Origin: Fimbriimonadales bacterium
GTDB lineage: Bacteria > Armatimonadota > Fimbriimonadia > Fimbriimonadales > ATM1
DNA length: 64,000 nucleotides
Assembly (NCBI GenBank): GCA_041744215.1
Contig: JBGTLG010000030.1
Span: 32,001 to 96,000, forward strand
Direction of reading: 5' to 3'
This document shows, one piece after another, positions 48,612 through 57,816 of this stretch. The notes beneath the pieces were generated by a model. It worked only from the letters and a program-made list of their open reading frames with translations. It had not been told where the DNA came from and did no database searches. The translations under genes and the position numbers were made by a program. Each line of letters starts with the position of its first letter. Position 1 is the first letter of the stretch.

Positions 48612-49643
48612 TTAGCTGAAGCCCCCAAGCAGGCTGAATTCCTTCACAACACATCCTGCGCCGAGCACCGTGTCTCTAACAACTGCATTCGGCCCAATCT
48701 CGCATCCGTCGCCGATGATGCTGTTTTCAATTCTTGCGGACGACCCAACTCTCACACCATCGAATATCGCGCTCGCGCTGATGTACGCTTCGTCTTCAAT
48801 TCTGACTCCCTGTCCAACAGAACTGTGGCAGGAAACTGTGGCCGAATCCGCGACCTCTGCCGTGGCGTGAATAGCAGCGTCTCCCCGCTTTAGGAATGGC
48901 CTAGGTGACTGGATTTCTCCTGCGACCACAGCGGCTACAGCCTCTAAGTACTGCGACGGCCGCCCTATGTCAATCCACCGCGCCTGCTGTATGTCGCCAT
49001 AAATGCGCCTGCCCTCCGAAACGAACAGCGGAAACACCTCACGCTCAATGTTGCAGCGCCGCTGTGGGATGGACTCTAGTGCTGACTTGTTCATAACGTA
49101 CAGACCAGCATTGATTGCGTCGAATTCACCCGTCGGATCTCCTCCGATGGCCCGCTTTTGCTCTTCACTCGGTTCACGAAACCCTTCCACGCGGCAGTCT
49201 TCATCAATTGGAACGACGCCGTATGGATGCGGCCGCTCAACCTTGCGAAGCGTCAATGTCACTTCAGCTTGTCTCCGGCGATGGAGTTCAATGATCTCAG
49301 CAATGTCGAACGCGTGTATCGTGTCTCCATTGAAAACGACGCAGTCATCGCCTGGCATCTGATCATAAGCGTTTCGAATTGCCCCCGCCGTATCGAGAGG
49401 AACATCTTCGACCGCATAGGTTAGCGACACGCCGAAGTGTCGACCGTCACCAAATTGGCGATCCACCGCTTCGCTCATGTAGTTCGTCGCAAAGCACACT
49501 TCAGTAATCCCGGCGGTTCGCAGATATGCTAACTGATACTCCAACAGCGGAGAATCTACGAGCGGCATCAACGGCTTTGGCCGCATCAGCGTTAGTGGTC
49601 GCAGGCGAGTCCCAACCCCGCCGGCAATCACTATTCCTCGCAT
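48612..49643 (-). CDS. NDP-sugar pyrophosphorylase (mannose-1-P guanylyltransferase-like)
   Basis: 'AGGVGTRLRPLT..PKPL', 'NGD', 'WIDIG', C-terminal hexapeptide repeats. Confidence 0.92.
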   Translation of the reverse strand: MRGIVIAGGVGTRLRPLTLMRPKPLMPLVDSPLLEYQLAYLRTAGITEVCFATNYMSEAVDRQFGDGRHFGVSLTYAVEDVPLDTAGAIRNAYDQMPGDDCVVFNGDTIHAFDIAEIIELHRRRQAEVTLTLRKVERPHPYGVVPIDEDCRVEGFREPSEEQKRAIGGDPTGEFDAINAGLYVMNKSALESIPQRRCNIEREVFPLFVSEGRRIYGDIQQARWIDIGRPSQYLEAVAAVVAGEIQSPRPFLKRGDAAIHATAEVADSATVSCHSSVGQGVRIEDEAYISASAIFDGVRVGSSARIENSIIGDGCEIGPNAVVRDTVLGAGCVVKEFSLLGGFS

Positions 49644-49659
49644 GGGATTAGGATACCGA

Positions 49660-49701
49660 AAAAATGTCTAACGCCCCGGGCATAAAGTAAGTCCAGGGCG
49701 T
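49660..49701 (-). terminator. probable intrinsic terminator
   Basis: Minus strand ACGCCC..GGGCGT stem followed a few nt later by a T-run, just after the 49721 stop. Confidence 0.45.
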
Positions 49702-49720
49702 CCGAGTGCGGTACAAGCGA

Positions 49721-51949
49721 TCAGCGAGTGATCGTCCAGACAACTTGATCGACCCTCATCAACCAACCAAACGAGAATAGTGTCCCCGGGTCTATAAGAG
49801 CGACACGCGCTCTCATAGCTCTCGTGCCAGGCTGAATGAAGCGAGCCGGATTGCTCGGGGTGACCTCAACAAGTTGGTCGGACGATGTCGCCGAGCGTGT
49901 GTCGACAACCACCCATTGATTGGCCTGATAGTCGAACATCGAAATCCTCTGAGTGACAGCGCTTGCCGGAAGTCCCGAAGTAGATGAGATGATGCCGAAC
50001 TTCAGCGACGATGGGCTTTCAATCGAGGCGACCGACTCAACCTGGAGGTGCGTTGAGGGAGTACCGAGTCCAAGCGGCGGGGCCTCCCGGACGAGGAGCC
50101 TGGAGCCGTCGTTGTCAAGGAGGTCAGGCAGTCCGGCACCTGGCTGCTCTATACCGAACAAGACTTGGTATGACGTGGGCCCGACCGAGCCAGACAGCGG
50201 CGCCTGAACCTGAGCACGGAGCAGATAGGGGACGGTGCCCGGCTTGAACTGACCAAGCATAACTGTCGAGGGTGCACCTGCTGGCGCGACGTCGGCGTCG
50301 AACTCAAAGTTGTACGCCGAAGAGTACTTCAGCGAGTTGGCGTTCGGGTTCTGGGCGTGCGTTTGCGTCGACCAGGTCACCTTGCCATTTGCGTAGGTGC
50401 CAGCCCAGTTGTTCCCAGCATCCTGATCGACGTCTCGGAACACGATGTTCGAGATGTTTGCACCAGCGAGTACCGGAACCGAAAACTCGCGGATTTGTCG
50501 ATCGAGGTCGTGGACGTAGACGACGTACAGGTAGCGATAGTTGCCTCCACCGAGGTCAAGGACTTTCACGCCAACCCAAGCGTCACCCTCGGTTCGCGGC
50601 GTCGCAATCTGCGCATTTGGGTCCCAGTACTTTAGCGCCGGATCCCTAACGATTGCGGCGGCATTGGTACTGAACGACCATTGGGAACCCGTCCAGTTCG
50701 CTGTTGCCCGCCGGTACCCAATGTTGTTGTACTTGTCGATGTCGTTTTGTAGGATGTAGTACGCCTCGTAAAGGAACTCCGCGCCTGCCACGTTTAGGTC
50801 TGCGTCGAGAACTTCAAGCCTGTGGTCGACAGCGTTGCTGACGCTGCCTGAGTTGTTGCGACGGACACAGTCGTCAACGTAGTTGGAGAACCACGATCCG
50901 CGGCACTCCCAATAGCCCGTAAACGGATTTACCTCTTTGCGCTCGCCGAGGTAAGTGCGGTCGCCGTTGTTTCCGGTGCCGTACGTGTCCGTACAATTCA
51001 AGCCTAACTGGTTGCCGCCACCTGGCGGCTGCTGACAAGAGCCGCACCCAGAGGAGTTGGTAGACAGAAAGCCGTGCTTTAGCCAGCTGAGTCCAACGTG
51101 CTCGAATCTGTTGTTGTGAAGCCGGTACAGGTTCATCGCGATGACGGGATGGTTCTGATTCATCGGAGCAAACCAGCTAATCGGGAAGGCACCTACATTG
51201 CAGGACGTCGTTGACATCGATAGCCCATTCCGACCATTGGGGAAAGTTCCAAGCCGCCCTAACGACGTCAAGCTGCTCATATTGAACAGTTGGCAATCAA
51301 CTGGATTGGGATTGTCTTCGCCACCACCGCCGCCGCCATCGGAGGCGAAAGCCGGAGGGTCGATTTTGCCTGCGATAAGTTCGAGATTCGCTGTGAGGCT
51401 CACCCAACCCACCAATTGTCCTGCTAGCTCAGGTCGGCCAAACGCGCGCGCAGTAGCTTGGCTGAGGCTCAGGTCCGCAAACGCGATCATGAGTTGCCGA
51501 GTGAATGGATTCAGGTTGACTTTCGCGTGCTTCAAATCCAGGGAAAGCCGGCCAACATTGATGGTGAATGCGGACTCCGGGTCGGAGCCTGCTGTAGATA
51601 AAGATGGATTATGGAAAGAGTGGCGATTGCGACCGACATTCAGCGCAAAGCCACCGTCGTGACGAACCTCGCCGCCGACGAAGCGGACGATGCTGCCGTT
51701 GTCCCCTTCGATAATGAGGGTAGACCTTGGGGTGATTGCTAACCCGAACGCTCTCTCCATTTCAACGGATGGTTCAGCGGTTGCCCTGACATCTGTAATG
51801 TTCATTCCCAGATCTCGGAGCAGACTATCGAGCAGCGAAATCGACATATCGCCGCCTTTCACCTGCCACGTCTGCTGTGCCATCGCGTTCTGGGTCGCAA
51901 GTGCGAAGCTAGCTACGGATACGGCGACGATAAAGTTCTTGAATCTCAT
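49721..51949 (-). CDS. large secreted multidomain hypothetical protein (Cys-rich core + C-terminal beta domain)
   Basis: Signal 'MRFKNF..AMA'. Core 'TTSCN..HPVIAMNLYRL..WLKHGF'. C-terminus resembles that of the S8 protease. Confidence 0.8.
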   Translation of the reverse strand: MRFKNFIVAVSVASFALATQNAMAQQTWQVKGGDMSISLLDSLLRDLGMNITDVRATAEPSVEMERAFGLAITPRSTLIIEGDNGSIVRFVGGEVRHDGGFALNVGRNRHSFHNPSLSTAGSDPESAFTINVGRLSLDLKHAKVNLNPFTRQLMIAFADLSLSQATARAFGRPELAGQLVGWVSLTANLELIAGKIDPPAFASDGGGGGGEDNPNPVDCQLFNMSSLTSLGRLGTFPNGRNGLSMSTTSCNVGAFPISWFAPMNQNHPVIAMNLYRLHNNRFEHVGLSWLKHGFLSTNSSGCGSCQQPPGGGNQLGLNCTDTYGTGNNGDRTYLGERKEVNPFTGYWECRGSWFSNYVDDCVRRNNSGSVSNAVDHRLEVLDADLNVAGAEFLYEAYYILQNDIDKYNNIGYRRATANWTGSQWSFSTNAAAIVRDPALKYWDPNAQIATPRTEGDAWVGVKVLDLGGGNYRYLYVVYVHDLDRQIREFSVPVLAGANISNIVFRDVDQDAGNNWAGTYANGKVTWSTQTHAQNPNANSLKYSSAYNFEFDADVAPAGAPSTVMLGQFKPGTVPYLLRAQVQAPLSGSVGPTSYQVLFGIEQPGAGLPDLLDNDGSRLLVREAPPLGLGTPSTHLQVESVASIESPSSLKFGIISSTSGLPASAVTQRISMFDYQANQWVVVDTRSATSSDQLVEVTPSNPARFIQPGTRAMRARVALIDPGTLFSFGWLMRVDQVVWTITR

Positions 51950-52063
51950 CTCAAGGGTTCTCCTTCCCAATAGGTGCTGAGTGCCAAGCAAAGGCACTGA
52001 CTTATTCTGACGCAACTTCGGGGGCATTCCGTTCAGAAGCAGCGCCACTTCTCTAAACTGGTA

Positions 52064-53962
52064 TCAGTACGGGGTATCGATTTCAGGAGCCAATCTCTTC
52101 AGCCTGCTGAAGAGCGCACGAGCCGTCTCATCGTCGCCTCTTGCGCGGTAGAGAAACGCATTTGCATACCACTTCGCCACATCCTCAGCGGGAGCGCGAA
52201 TTCCTTCCTGGAGTAGCTCGTCAACCTTTCCTGTCTCCCTCGCAAGCAGGGCCCAAAGGGCGAGAAGCTGAAAATCGAGCGGCCTGGCCCGACGAGCCTC
52301 CTCAGCGAGGTCGAAGGCTTCCTCCAGTCTCCCCGCAGCGCGCAATTGGGCCGAAGCGCTGAGCAGATTTCCCGGCGTCCGGTGCGTTTCGACCAGCCGC
52401 AGCATCAACGCGGCGGAGTCGCCGCCCCGACCGGCAGCAACCAGAGCATCGTTCAGGCCGTAAATCCGCATCGGGTAAGTGGGAAGAGCCGGGTCGGTCT
52501 CCTCGACCACGCGAGTCAGCTCTCGGATAGCCTCCTCGTCGCGGCCTGCCAGCGCGAGAGCGCGGCCGTATGAAAAGCGCAGTTCTGAGTCAGCGTGATT
52601 CACGCTTACCGCGCGCTCGAGGTGCGTGGCTGCTTGCTCGGCCTCGCCAGAAAACAGCAGCAGCGCGCCCAGTCGCGCCTCCCACTTCTCCACAAGCACC
52701 GGCGAGAGCGAAATCACGCGGCGATAGTGCTCCAGGCTCGCGGTCAGCTCCTCAACTGAAGGACCGGATTGGCCGCTTTGGTACGCCGCCTCGCCTTGGC
52801 GCACGTGGAACATAACGAACGATGCGTAGCCAAGAAACACCACGAGGCATACTACAAAGCCCGCGTACGCCCACCCGGCCGCTGTCCGCTTCCCTTGCGA
52901 GCGCAACTGCCACCTTTGAAGGCGCGTGTTCGGACTCGTGAACAACCGAAGCCCAGAGAGCAGCAGATAGGCACAAATCGCAGATAGTCCCAGCGCGAGG
53001 AGAAACGGCACCGCCTCATACAACCCTCGGAGCGCATAGAGAGCGAACACAAAGGAGCCAGCCGCGAAGAACTCCTCCCCCCAACTCAAATCGTACTCGC
53101 GCTTCTTTCGCTCGGGACGCCGCGATGCTACACCTGGCTTGCCAAAACCCCAGTACAGCGCCCCCTTTGGACAAACATCAACGCAGTCCATGCACTTCAT
53201 GCACCCCGAATCCACCACCATCCCGTGCTCCCGCACCTCCTCGTGCACCCGTACGTTCGACGTGCAAGCCGTCGTACAGTGCCCGCAGCCGTCGCAAGCG
53301 TCGGTCACACGAATCTTCCCTGGAGCGACCGCGTCGGCGTAATAGAAAATCCCACCATACGGGCAGCCATACGTGCAAAAGCCCTTGTTGCCGAGTAGCG
53401 CGACGATCAGAAACCCACACACAGCGAACGTCAGGATCGCGATGCCGACGGTGGGAAAGGGACTCCAAAAGTCGTCCGTCGTAAAGTGCGCAACCCAGCG
53501 CGGCGCCTCGCCACCCGAAGCCATCCGCAAAACCGTTGGCCACGCAAACATATAAAACGCCGCGAGCAGCGGCACGAACACCAAAAGCCTCGAACGAAAC
53601 GGCTTCGGGCGGATGCCGATCTTGCGCAAGAACCAGCCGCACAAATCCTGTAGCGCAACCACATGGCAGCCCCAGCCGCAAAAGAAACGCCCCAGCACCA
53701 ACGTTGAAAGGATCAGCAGCGCAAACAGCACGAACCCTGCGTTCACATAGCCCAACTCCAGCGTCTGCATCGCCTCGCTAGGCTCGACGGGCGTGATCGT
53801 CGTGCCCGCCAGCTTCCAGTGGACAATGTGCGCCGCGATGAGCACGTGCACCCCGATCAGCACCGCAGCGCGCCAACGCCCGCGACGAGACGAGCGTGGC
53901 TTGCCCGCACTTGAGCGCTGCGAGTGGATCAGTGGAAGCGGTCTGGTCAGACGACGACTCAC
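52064..53962 (-). CDS. membrane 4Fe-4S protein (NapH/CcoG-like) fused to TPR domain
   Basis: 'GRFFCGWGC', 'FCTYGCP', 'CDGCGHCTTAC', 'CMKCMDCVDVCP'. TPR C-terminus. Confidence 0.88.
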   Translation of the reverse strand: MSRRLTRPLPLIHSQRSSAGKPRSSRRGRWRAAVLIGVHVLIAAHIVHWKLAGTTITPVEPSEAMQTLELGYVNAGFVLFALLILSTLVLGRFFCGWGCHVVALQDLCGWFLRKIGIRPKPFRSRLLVFVPLLAAFYMFAWPTVLRMASGGEAPRWVAHFTTDDFWSPFPTVGIAILTFAVCGFLIVALLGNKGFCTYGCPYGGIFYYADAVAPGKIRVTDACDGCGHCTTACTSNVRVHEEVREHGMVVDSGCMKCMDCVDVCPKGALYWGFGKPGVASRRPERKKREYDLSWGEEFFAAGSFVFALYALRGLYEAVPFLLALGLSAICAYLLLSGLRLFTSPNTRLQRWQLRSQGKRTAAGWAYAGFVVCLVVFLGYASFVMFHVRQGEAAYQSGQSGPSVEELTASLEHYRRVISLSPVLVEKWEARLGALLLFSGEAEQAATHLERAVSVNHADSELRFSYGRALALAGRDEEAIRELTRVVEETDPALPTYPMRIYGLNDALVAAGRGGDSAALMLRLVETHRTPGNLLSASAQLRAAGRLEEAFDLAEEARRARPLDFQLLALWALLARETGKVDELLQEGIRAPAEDVAKWYANAFLYRARGDDETARALFSRLKRLAPEIDTPY

Positions 53963-54095
53963 GCGGTCAGTTTATCGCCAACCGCACTCGCCCACGCGCG
54001 GCAGCGGCAGATCCGTGCATCCCGCCACACCGCAGGGTACTGTCACGATGTCGAATGGGGGGCGTCCGCCCGCCAACGACGAAGGAGAAGTGACG

Positions 54096-54761
54096 ATGAG
54101 TTTAGAGAACCGGATCGAAGCGCTCGAGAGGGAGCTAACGGCGCTAAAGCGGCGCAACCGCGCGATTGGTGTATTCGCCCTCTTCGCGATCTCAGTCCCT
54201 GCGTTGCTGGCGTTCACCAACGTCCAAGAGAAGGTCATCAGGGCAGAGAGGTTCGAAGTTGTCCGCGACGGCAAGACGGTGGCTAATCTCTTTGCCGACG
54301 CCGATGGCGGCTACCTGGGCATCTATAACAAGGATGAGAAGTGGGTCGCGGGCCTCTTTGCAAGCCGCGCCGGCGGCGGCTTCCTGAGGATCCTGAACAA
54401 GGATGAGAAAGGGGTCGCAAACCTCTTTGCCGACGCCGATGGCGGCAGCCTGTCCATCTTCAACAAGGATGAGAAACAGGTCGCGGGCGTCGTTGCCGGC
54501 CCCGATGGCGGCCTCCTGGCCATCTTCAACAAGGATAACAAAGGGGTCGTAAACCTCGCTGCCCACCCCGATGGAGGCAGCGTGTCCATCTCCAACAAGG
54601 ATGAGCAACGGGCCGCTGCTCTCGTTACCGGCCCCGATGGCGGCATCCTGGGCATCTATGACAAGGATGGGAAACCGGTCGCGGGCCTCTCGCCTGAACC
54701 CGCCGGCGGCGAGTTCTTTCTCTGGACGCCGGGAGGCCAGGTGCGATTCAAAGCGCCGTAA
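54096..54761 (+). CDS. membrane-anchored protein with seven ~22-aa beta repeats
   Basis: SD AAGGAG, coiled coil, TM, repeats 'VAxLxAxxDGGxLxIxNKDEK'. Confidence 0.8.
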   Translation: MSLENRIEALERELTALKRRNRAIGVFALFAISVPALLAFTNVQEKVIRAERFEVVRDGKTVANLFADADGGYLGIYNKDEKWVAGLFASRAGGGFLRILNKDEKGVANLFADADGGSLSIFNKDEKQVAGVVAGPDGGLLAIFNKDNKGVVNLAAHPDGGSVSISNKDEQRAAALVTGPDGGILGIYDKDGKPVAGLSPEPAGGEFFLWTPGGQVRFKAP

Positions 54762-54766
54762 GAGCG

Positions 54767-54801
54767 GGCCCGCCACCTCGAAACAAACAAGGAGGCGGGC
54801 C
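54767..54801. terminator. stem-loop between convergent genes
   Basis: GGCCCGCC..GGCGGGCC inverted repeat. Confidence 0.5.
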
Positions 54802-54818
54802 ACACCGTCAGCGTGAGA

Positions 54819-55508
54819 TCACGGCGTCGTAACGACGCTCACAATCGCAGAAACATCGCCCACGCGGTTGTTTCCCTGCATCCCCTGAACGCGGTACTCC
54901 CGAACCTCGGGCGTCCCAGGGTCAACAGGATCGACCAGATCGACGAACACAGCCGTCTGCGAAATCCCGATCTGAGTCCAGTTCCCGCCGCCGCGACGCA
55001 TGTCCACCGCGATCACCGAGTAACCGCCCTTGTACAGCTTCAGCGCGACGTCGTGATCGATCATCGAAGTCGCCTTCAGAATCGCAGGCGTGTTCGGGCC
55101 GCTCGGCTCCACCGGCACGATCCCATAGTCCTCGCCGACCGCCTGCGTATAGTCCGCATCGGCCTTGATCGTGTTCGCGAAACCGCGCGTGCGAGGGCGA
55201 ATCCCCGGCTCGAACACCTCGTCCGGCAGTGAAAGTACCGGCGGGCTCGGAGGCGGCGTGAAGGGTGAGTCCGGATCGCCGAAAAGCATATCGTTGCGCC
55301 ACTGCGTCCAAGCCTCCACGTACCCACGCAGCGCGTCGTCGTAGTCCACCATCAGCGTCACCAGAATGTTGTCGACGTTGGCCCGCTCGATGTCTCCGGC
55401 GGTCAAGCCGTGATCCGTCCCGGTCGCCGTGCATTGCGCGGCGAATGTCGAATGAAAAGGCGGCAGCTCCGCCAAGCGTGTCGGATACCAATCCCTGTTG
55501 ATAGCCAT
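54819..55508 (-). CDS. uncharacterised protein, N-terminal helical region + C-terminal Fn3-like beta sandwich
   Basis: SD GGAGAGG. 'DWYP', 'GI..R...IK....YT..VGEDYGI', 'GGNW..I....FVD.....PEVREYR'. Confidence 0.8.
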   Translation of the reverse strand: MAINRDWYPTRLAELPPFHSTFAAQCTATGTDHGLTAGDIERANVDNILVTLMVDYDDALRGYVEAWTQWRNDMLFGDPDSPFTPPPSPPVLSLPDEVFEPGIRPRTRGFANTIKADADYTQAVGEDYGIVPVEPSGPNTPAILKATSMIDHDVALKLYKGGYSVIAVDMRRGGGNWTQIGISQTAVFVDLVDPVDPGTPEVREYRVQGMQGNNRVGDVSAIVSVVTTP

Positions 55509-55595
55509 CGGTTTTCCTCTCCAATTTAAGATTTTCGATGCGTGTCCGCCCCAGCGAACGCGCCTCGTCGGAAACTGTACTCCATGGCGCAGACT

Positions 55596-55800
55596 GTACT
55601 GAGCGTCGCGCGGAGCGTACGGAGCCGCACATTACATGTACAAAGCCGCTCAGTACATGTACGAAGCCATCCACGGAATGTACGGAGTCATTCCGTACAT
55701 GCACGGAGCCACCCAGTACACGTACGAAGCCACTCTGTACAGGTACGAAGCCGCTCGGTACGTGTACGAAGCCGCCCGGTACACGCACAAAGCGGCGCGT
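55596..55800 (-). repeat. 21-bp tandem array (~9-10 degenerate units), reverse complement of the 34.2-kb array
   Basis: Plus-strand units GTACGAAGCCGCTCNGTACAN at 55617, 55638, 55659, 55680, 55701, 55722, 55743, 55764 and 55785. Confidence 0.93.
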
Positions 55801-55855
55801 TGGCGTCTACCGGCGGCGTTTGCCGGGCCAGCGACGGCTGGCTTAGAGCGCGGGA

Positions 55856-56668
55856 CTAGGTCGGCTGGCCGATGGGGCCGTAGAGATCGGGGCGGCGCGC
55901 TCCCCAGAGGTCCATCTCGTACTCGCCTTCGATCTGGACTAGGTGCTTAATGCGGGCACGCTCAAGCTTGACGTCTTCCATGAGAATGACTTCATCGGTG
56001 TGGTCGGCGCTGGCCAGGATTGCGCCGCTCGGGCTGATGATCTTGCTCTTTCCGATGAAGGAGAACCCGTTTTCGGTGCCGATTCGGTTGGCGGCGGCAA
56101 GAAACACGTGGTTCTCGACGCACCGCGCCGGGCAAACGATATCGCTCGCCATTTCGGCCGACTCAGGCCAGTTCGTCGGGACGACGATCAGGTCTGCGCC
56201 TTTGAGTGCGAGCGTCCGGGGGCCCTCGGGGAATCGCACGTCGAAGCAGATTTGGACGCCGACACGCCCAAATGGTAGGGGGAAGACGGGTAGGGAGTCG
56301 CCAGGGTGGGCGAAGCGGTCGAGGCCGAGATAGGGGAGATGGACTTTTCTGTACTCGCCGACGAGGCCTTGCGGTCCAAAGATCGCCGCGGAGTTGAAAA
56401 GGTCCTCGCCGAGTTTCTCGGCGTAACCGACGATCGCGTATCCCTTGGTCTCCCTGCACGCGGAGGTGATCGGCTGCCATTCCTTGCCGTTGGGAGCGAC
56501 GGCATGCGCGAGCGCTTCCTCAAGGCTCTTGAAGCAATAGCCGGTCAGGGCGCACTCCGGGAAGACGATGAGGTCTGCCTTGGTCGAAACGATCTGCTCA
56601 GCGATTCTGGTGGCGTTGTGCGCAACGTCAGCGAAGCGTGGCTCGAATTGGGAAACGGCTAACTTCAT
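55856..56668 (-). CDS. carbon-nitrogen hydrolase (nitrilase superfamily)
   Basis: Triad 'FPE', 'YRKVHL', 'ICFDVRFPE'. Confidence 0.93.
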   Translation of the reverse strand: MKLAVSQFEPRFADVAHNATRIAEQIVSTKADLIVFPECALTGYCFKSLEEALAHAVAPNGKEWQPITSACRETKGYAIVGYAEKLGEDLFNSAAIFGPQGLVGEYRKVHLPYLGLDRFAHPGDSLPVFPLPFGRVGVQICFDVRFPEGPRTLALKGADLIVVPTNWPESAEMASDIVCPARCVENHVFLAAANRIGTENGFSFIGKSKIISPSGAILASADHTDEVILMEDVKLERARIKHLVQIEGEYEMDLWGARRPDLYGPIGQPT

Positions 56669-56686
56669 GTGTCGCCTTCCGGCTCT

Positions 56687-57124
56687 TCAGGATTCGATAA
56701 GAAGCAGGGTGTCTCCTTCCTGTACAAGCTGTCCGTCTTCCGCGACGAGCGCGCGAACGACGCCGCTGATCGGCGACTCGACTTCGTTAAAGACTTTCAT
56801 TGCTTCAATGACTCCGATGACTTGGCCGATGGTGATCCTGTCGCCCACTTCCACGAACGGCGGATCGCTGGGAATCGGTCGGCGGTAGTATGTCCCGACC
56901 ATTGGGGCTGGGATGGGGATCCCCTGTCGAGGTGATTCGAGGGGGGTTGTTGCCGCATGTGCGGGCAAGTGCGTTCCAGGGACGGCGTTAGCCGCATCGT
57001 GATTGGCTTGCGGATCTCGCCGCACCTCAATCACTTGGTCGCCGTTCTTTACACGGATTGACGTGAGTGCGTGCCGGGCGAGCAATTCACCGAGTTTGTC
57101 GACTTGGGAGGGCAGATCCGACAT
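56687..57124 (-). CDS. accB: biotin carboxyl carrier protein
   Basis: 'PMVGTYYR', biotinylation motif 'EAMKVFNE'. Confidence 0.9.
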   Translation of the reverse strand: MSDLPSQVDKLGELLARHALTSIRVKNGDQVIEVRRDPQANHDAANAVPGTHLPAHAATTPLESPRQGIPIPAPMVGTYYRRPIPSDPPFVEVGDRITIGQVIGVIEAMKVFNEVESPISGVVRALVAEDGQLVQEGDTLLLIES

Positions 57125-57134
57125 GGCGAGATTA

Positions 57135-57210
57135 TGGCGCGGACGAAGGGACTCGAACCCCCAACCCCCAGTGCCGAAGACTGGTGCTCTATCCGTTGAG
57201 CTACGTCCGC
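57135..57210 (-). tRNA. tRNA-Arg (anticodon UCG)
   Basis: GCGGACGTAGCTCAACGGATAGAGCA-CCAGT-CTTCGGC-ACTGG-..GGTTCGAGTCC..GTCCGCGCCA cloverleaf. Confidence 0.93.
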
Positions 57211-57221
57211 GCGGGACTGTC

Positions 57222-57246
57222 ATTCTACCGCCGGGTGGGCTATAAT
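57222..57246. promoter_or_regulatory. back-to-back -10 boxes for the divergent tRNAs
   Basis: TATAAT 57241-57246 (+) and TAGAAT 57227-57222 (-), each ~12 nt before a tRNA. Confidence 0.6.
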
Positions 57247-57258
57247 CGCGCCCTATGT

Positions 57259-57336
57259 CGGGGCGTAGCGCAGTCTGGATAGCGCGCTTCCATGGGGTGG
57301 AAGAGGTCGCTGGTTCGAATCCAGTCGCCCCGACCA
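57259..57336 (+). tRNA. tRNA-Pro (anticodon GGG)
   Basis: CGGGGCGTAGCGCAG..CTTCC-ATGGGGT-GGAAG..GGTTCGAATCC..CCCCGACCA. Confidence 0.93.
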
Positions 57337-57363
57337 TGTTTCTCCCCTTTTCACGCTACCTCC

Positions 57364-57393
57364 TTGACGGAAGAGCGGGATTTCGGCCATAAT
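57364..57393 (+). promoter_or_regulatory. sigma70-type promoter of rpmE operon
   Basis: TTGACG-N18-CATAAT. Confidence 0.6.
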
Positions 57394-57427
57394 TGCTGAC
57401 CGCGTCGTCCGAAGGGAGCCACGTCTT

Positions 57428-57646
57428 ATGAAAGCGGAAACCCATCCAAACTATGTCACTTGCGAAGTCTGGTGTGCCTGCACGCCGGAGCGGCCTGTCA
57501 CGACGATACTGTCGAACGTGCCGAAGTTAACGGTGGACATTTGCTCCAACTGTCACCCGTTCTTCACGGGCCAGCAGAAGCTGGTCGACTCGGCAGGCCG
57601 TGTCGAGAAGTTCCTCCGTAAGTACGGAAAGAAAGAGGCGAAGTAA
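57428..57646 (+). CDS. rpmE: 50S ribosomal protein L31 (Zn-binding form)
   Basis: '[30 protein letters not shown]'. Confidence 0.96.
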   Translation: MKAETHPNYVTCEVWCACTPERPVTTILSNVPKLTVDICSNCHPFFTGQQKLVDSAGRVEKFLRKYGKKEAK

Positions 57647-57648
57647 CC

Positions 57649-57816
57649 ATGGCGAAGAAAGGCGAACATCGCGAAGTGATCCGGCTTGTCTGCACCGAAG
57701 ACGGTCGCAGCACGTACACCACGACTAAGAACAAGCAGAAGACGAAGGAGCGGCTGGAACTCATGAAGTACAGCCCGGCCCTTCGCAAGCACACGCTCCA
57801 TAGGGAGAAGAAGTAA
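57649..57816 (+). CDS. rpmG: 50S ribosomal protein L33 (not in ORF track)
   Basis: [55 protein letters not shown]. Confidence 0.95.
   Translation: MAKKGEHREVIRLVCTEDGRSTYTTTKNKQKTKERLELMKYSPALRKHTLHREKK

Noticed and set aside
52064-57135. tRNA-anchored genomic island or prophage
   Set aside because: Composition looks somewhat different, but there is no integrase or duplicated tRNA 3' end, and accB lies inside.
57125-57337. N-terminal extension of accB
   Set aside because: It runs through two tRNA genes.
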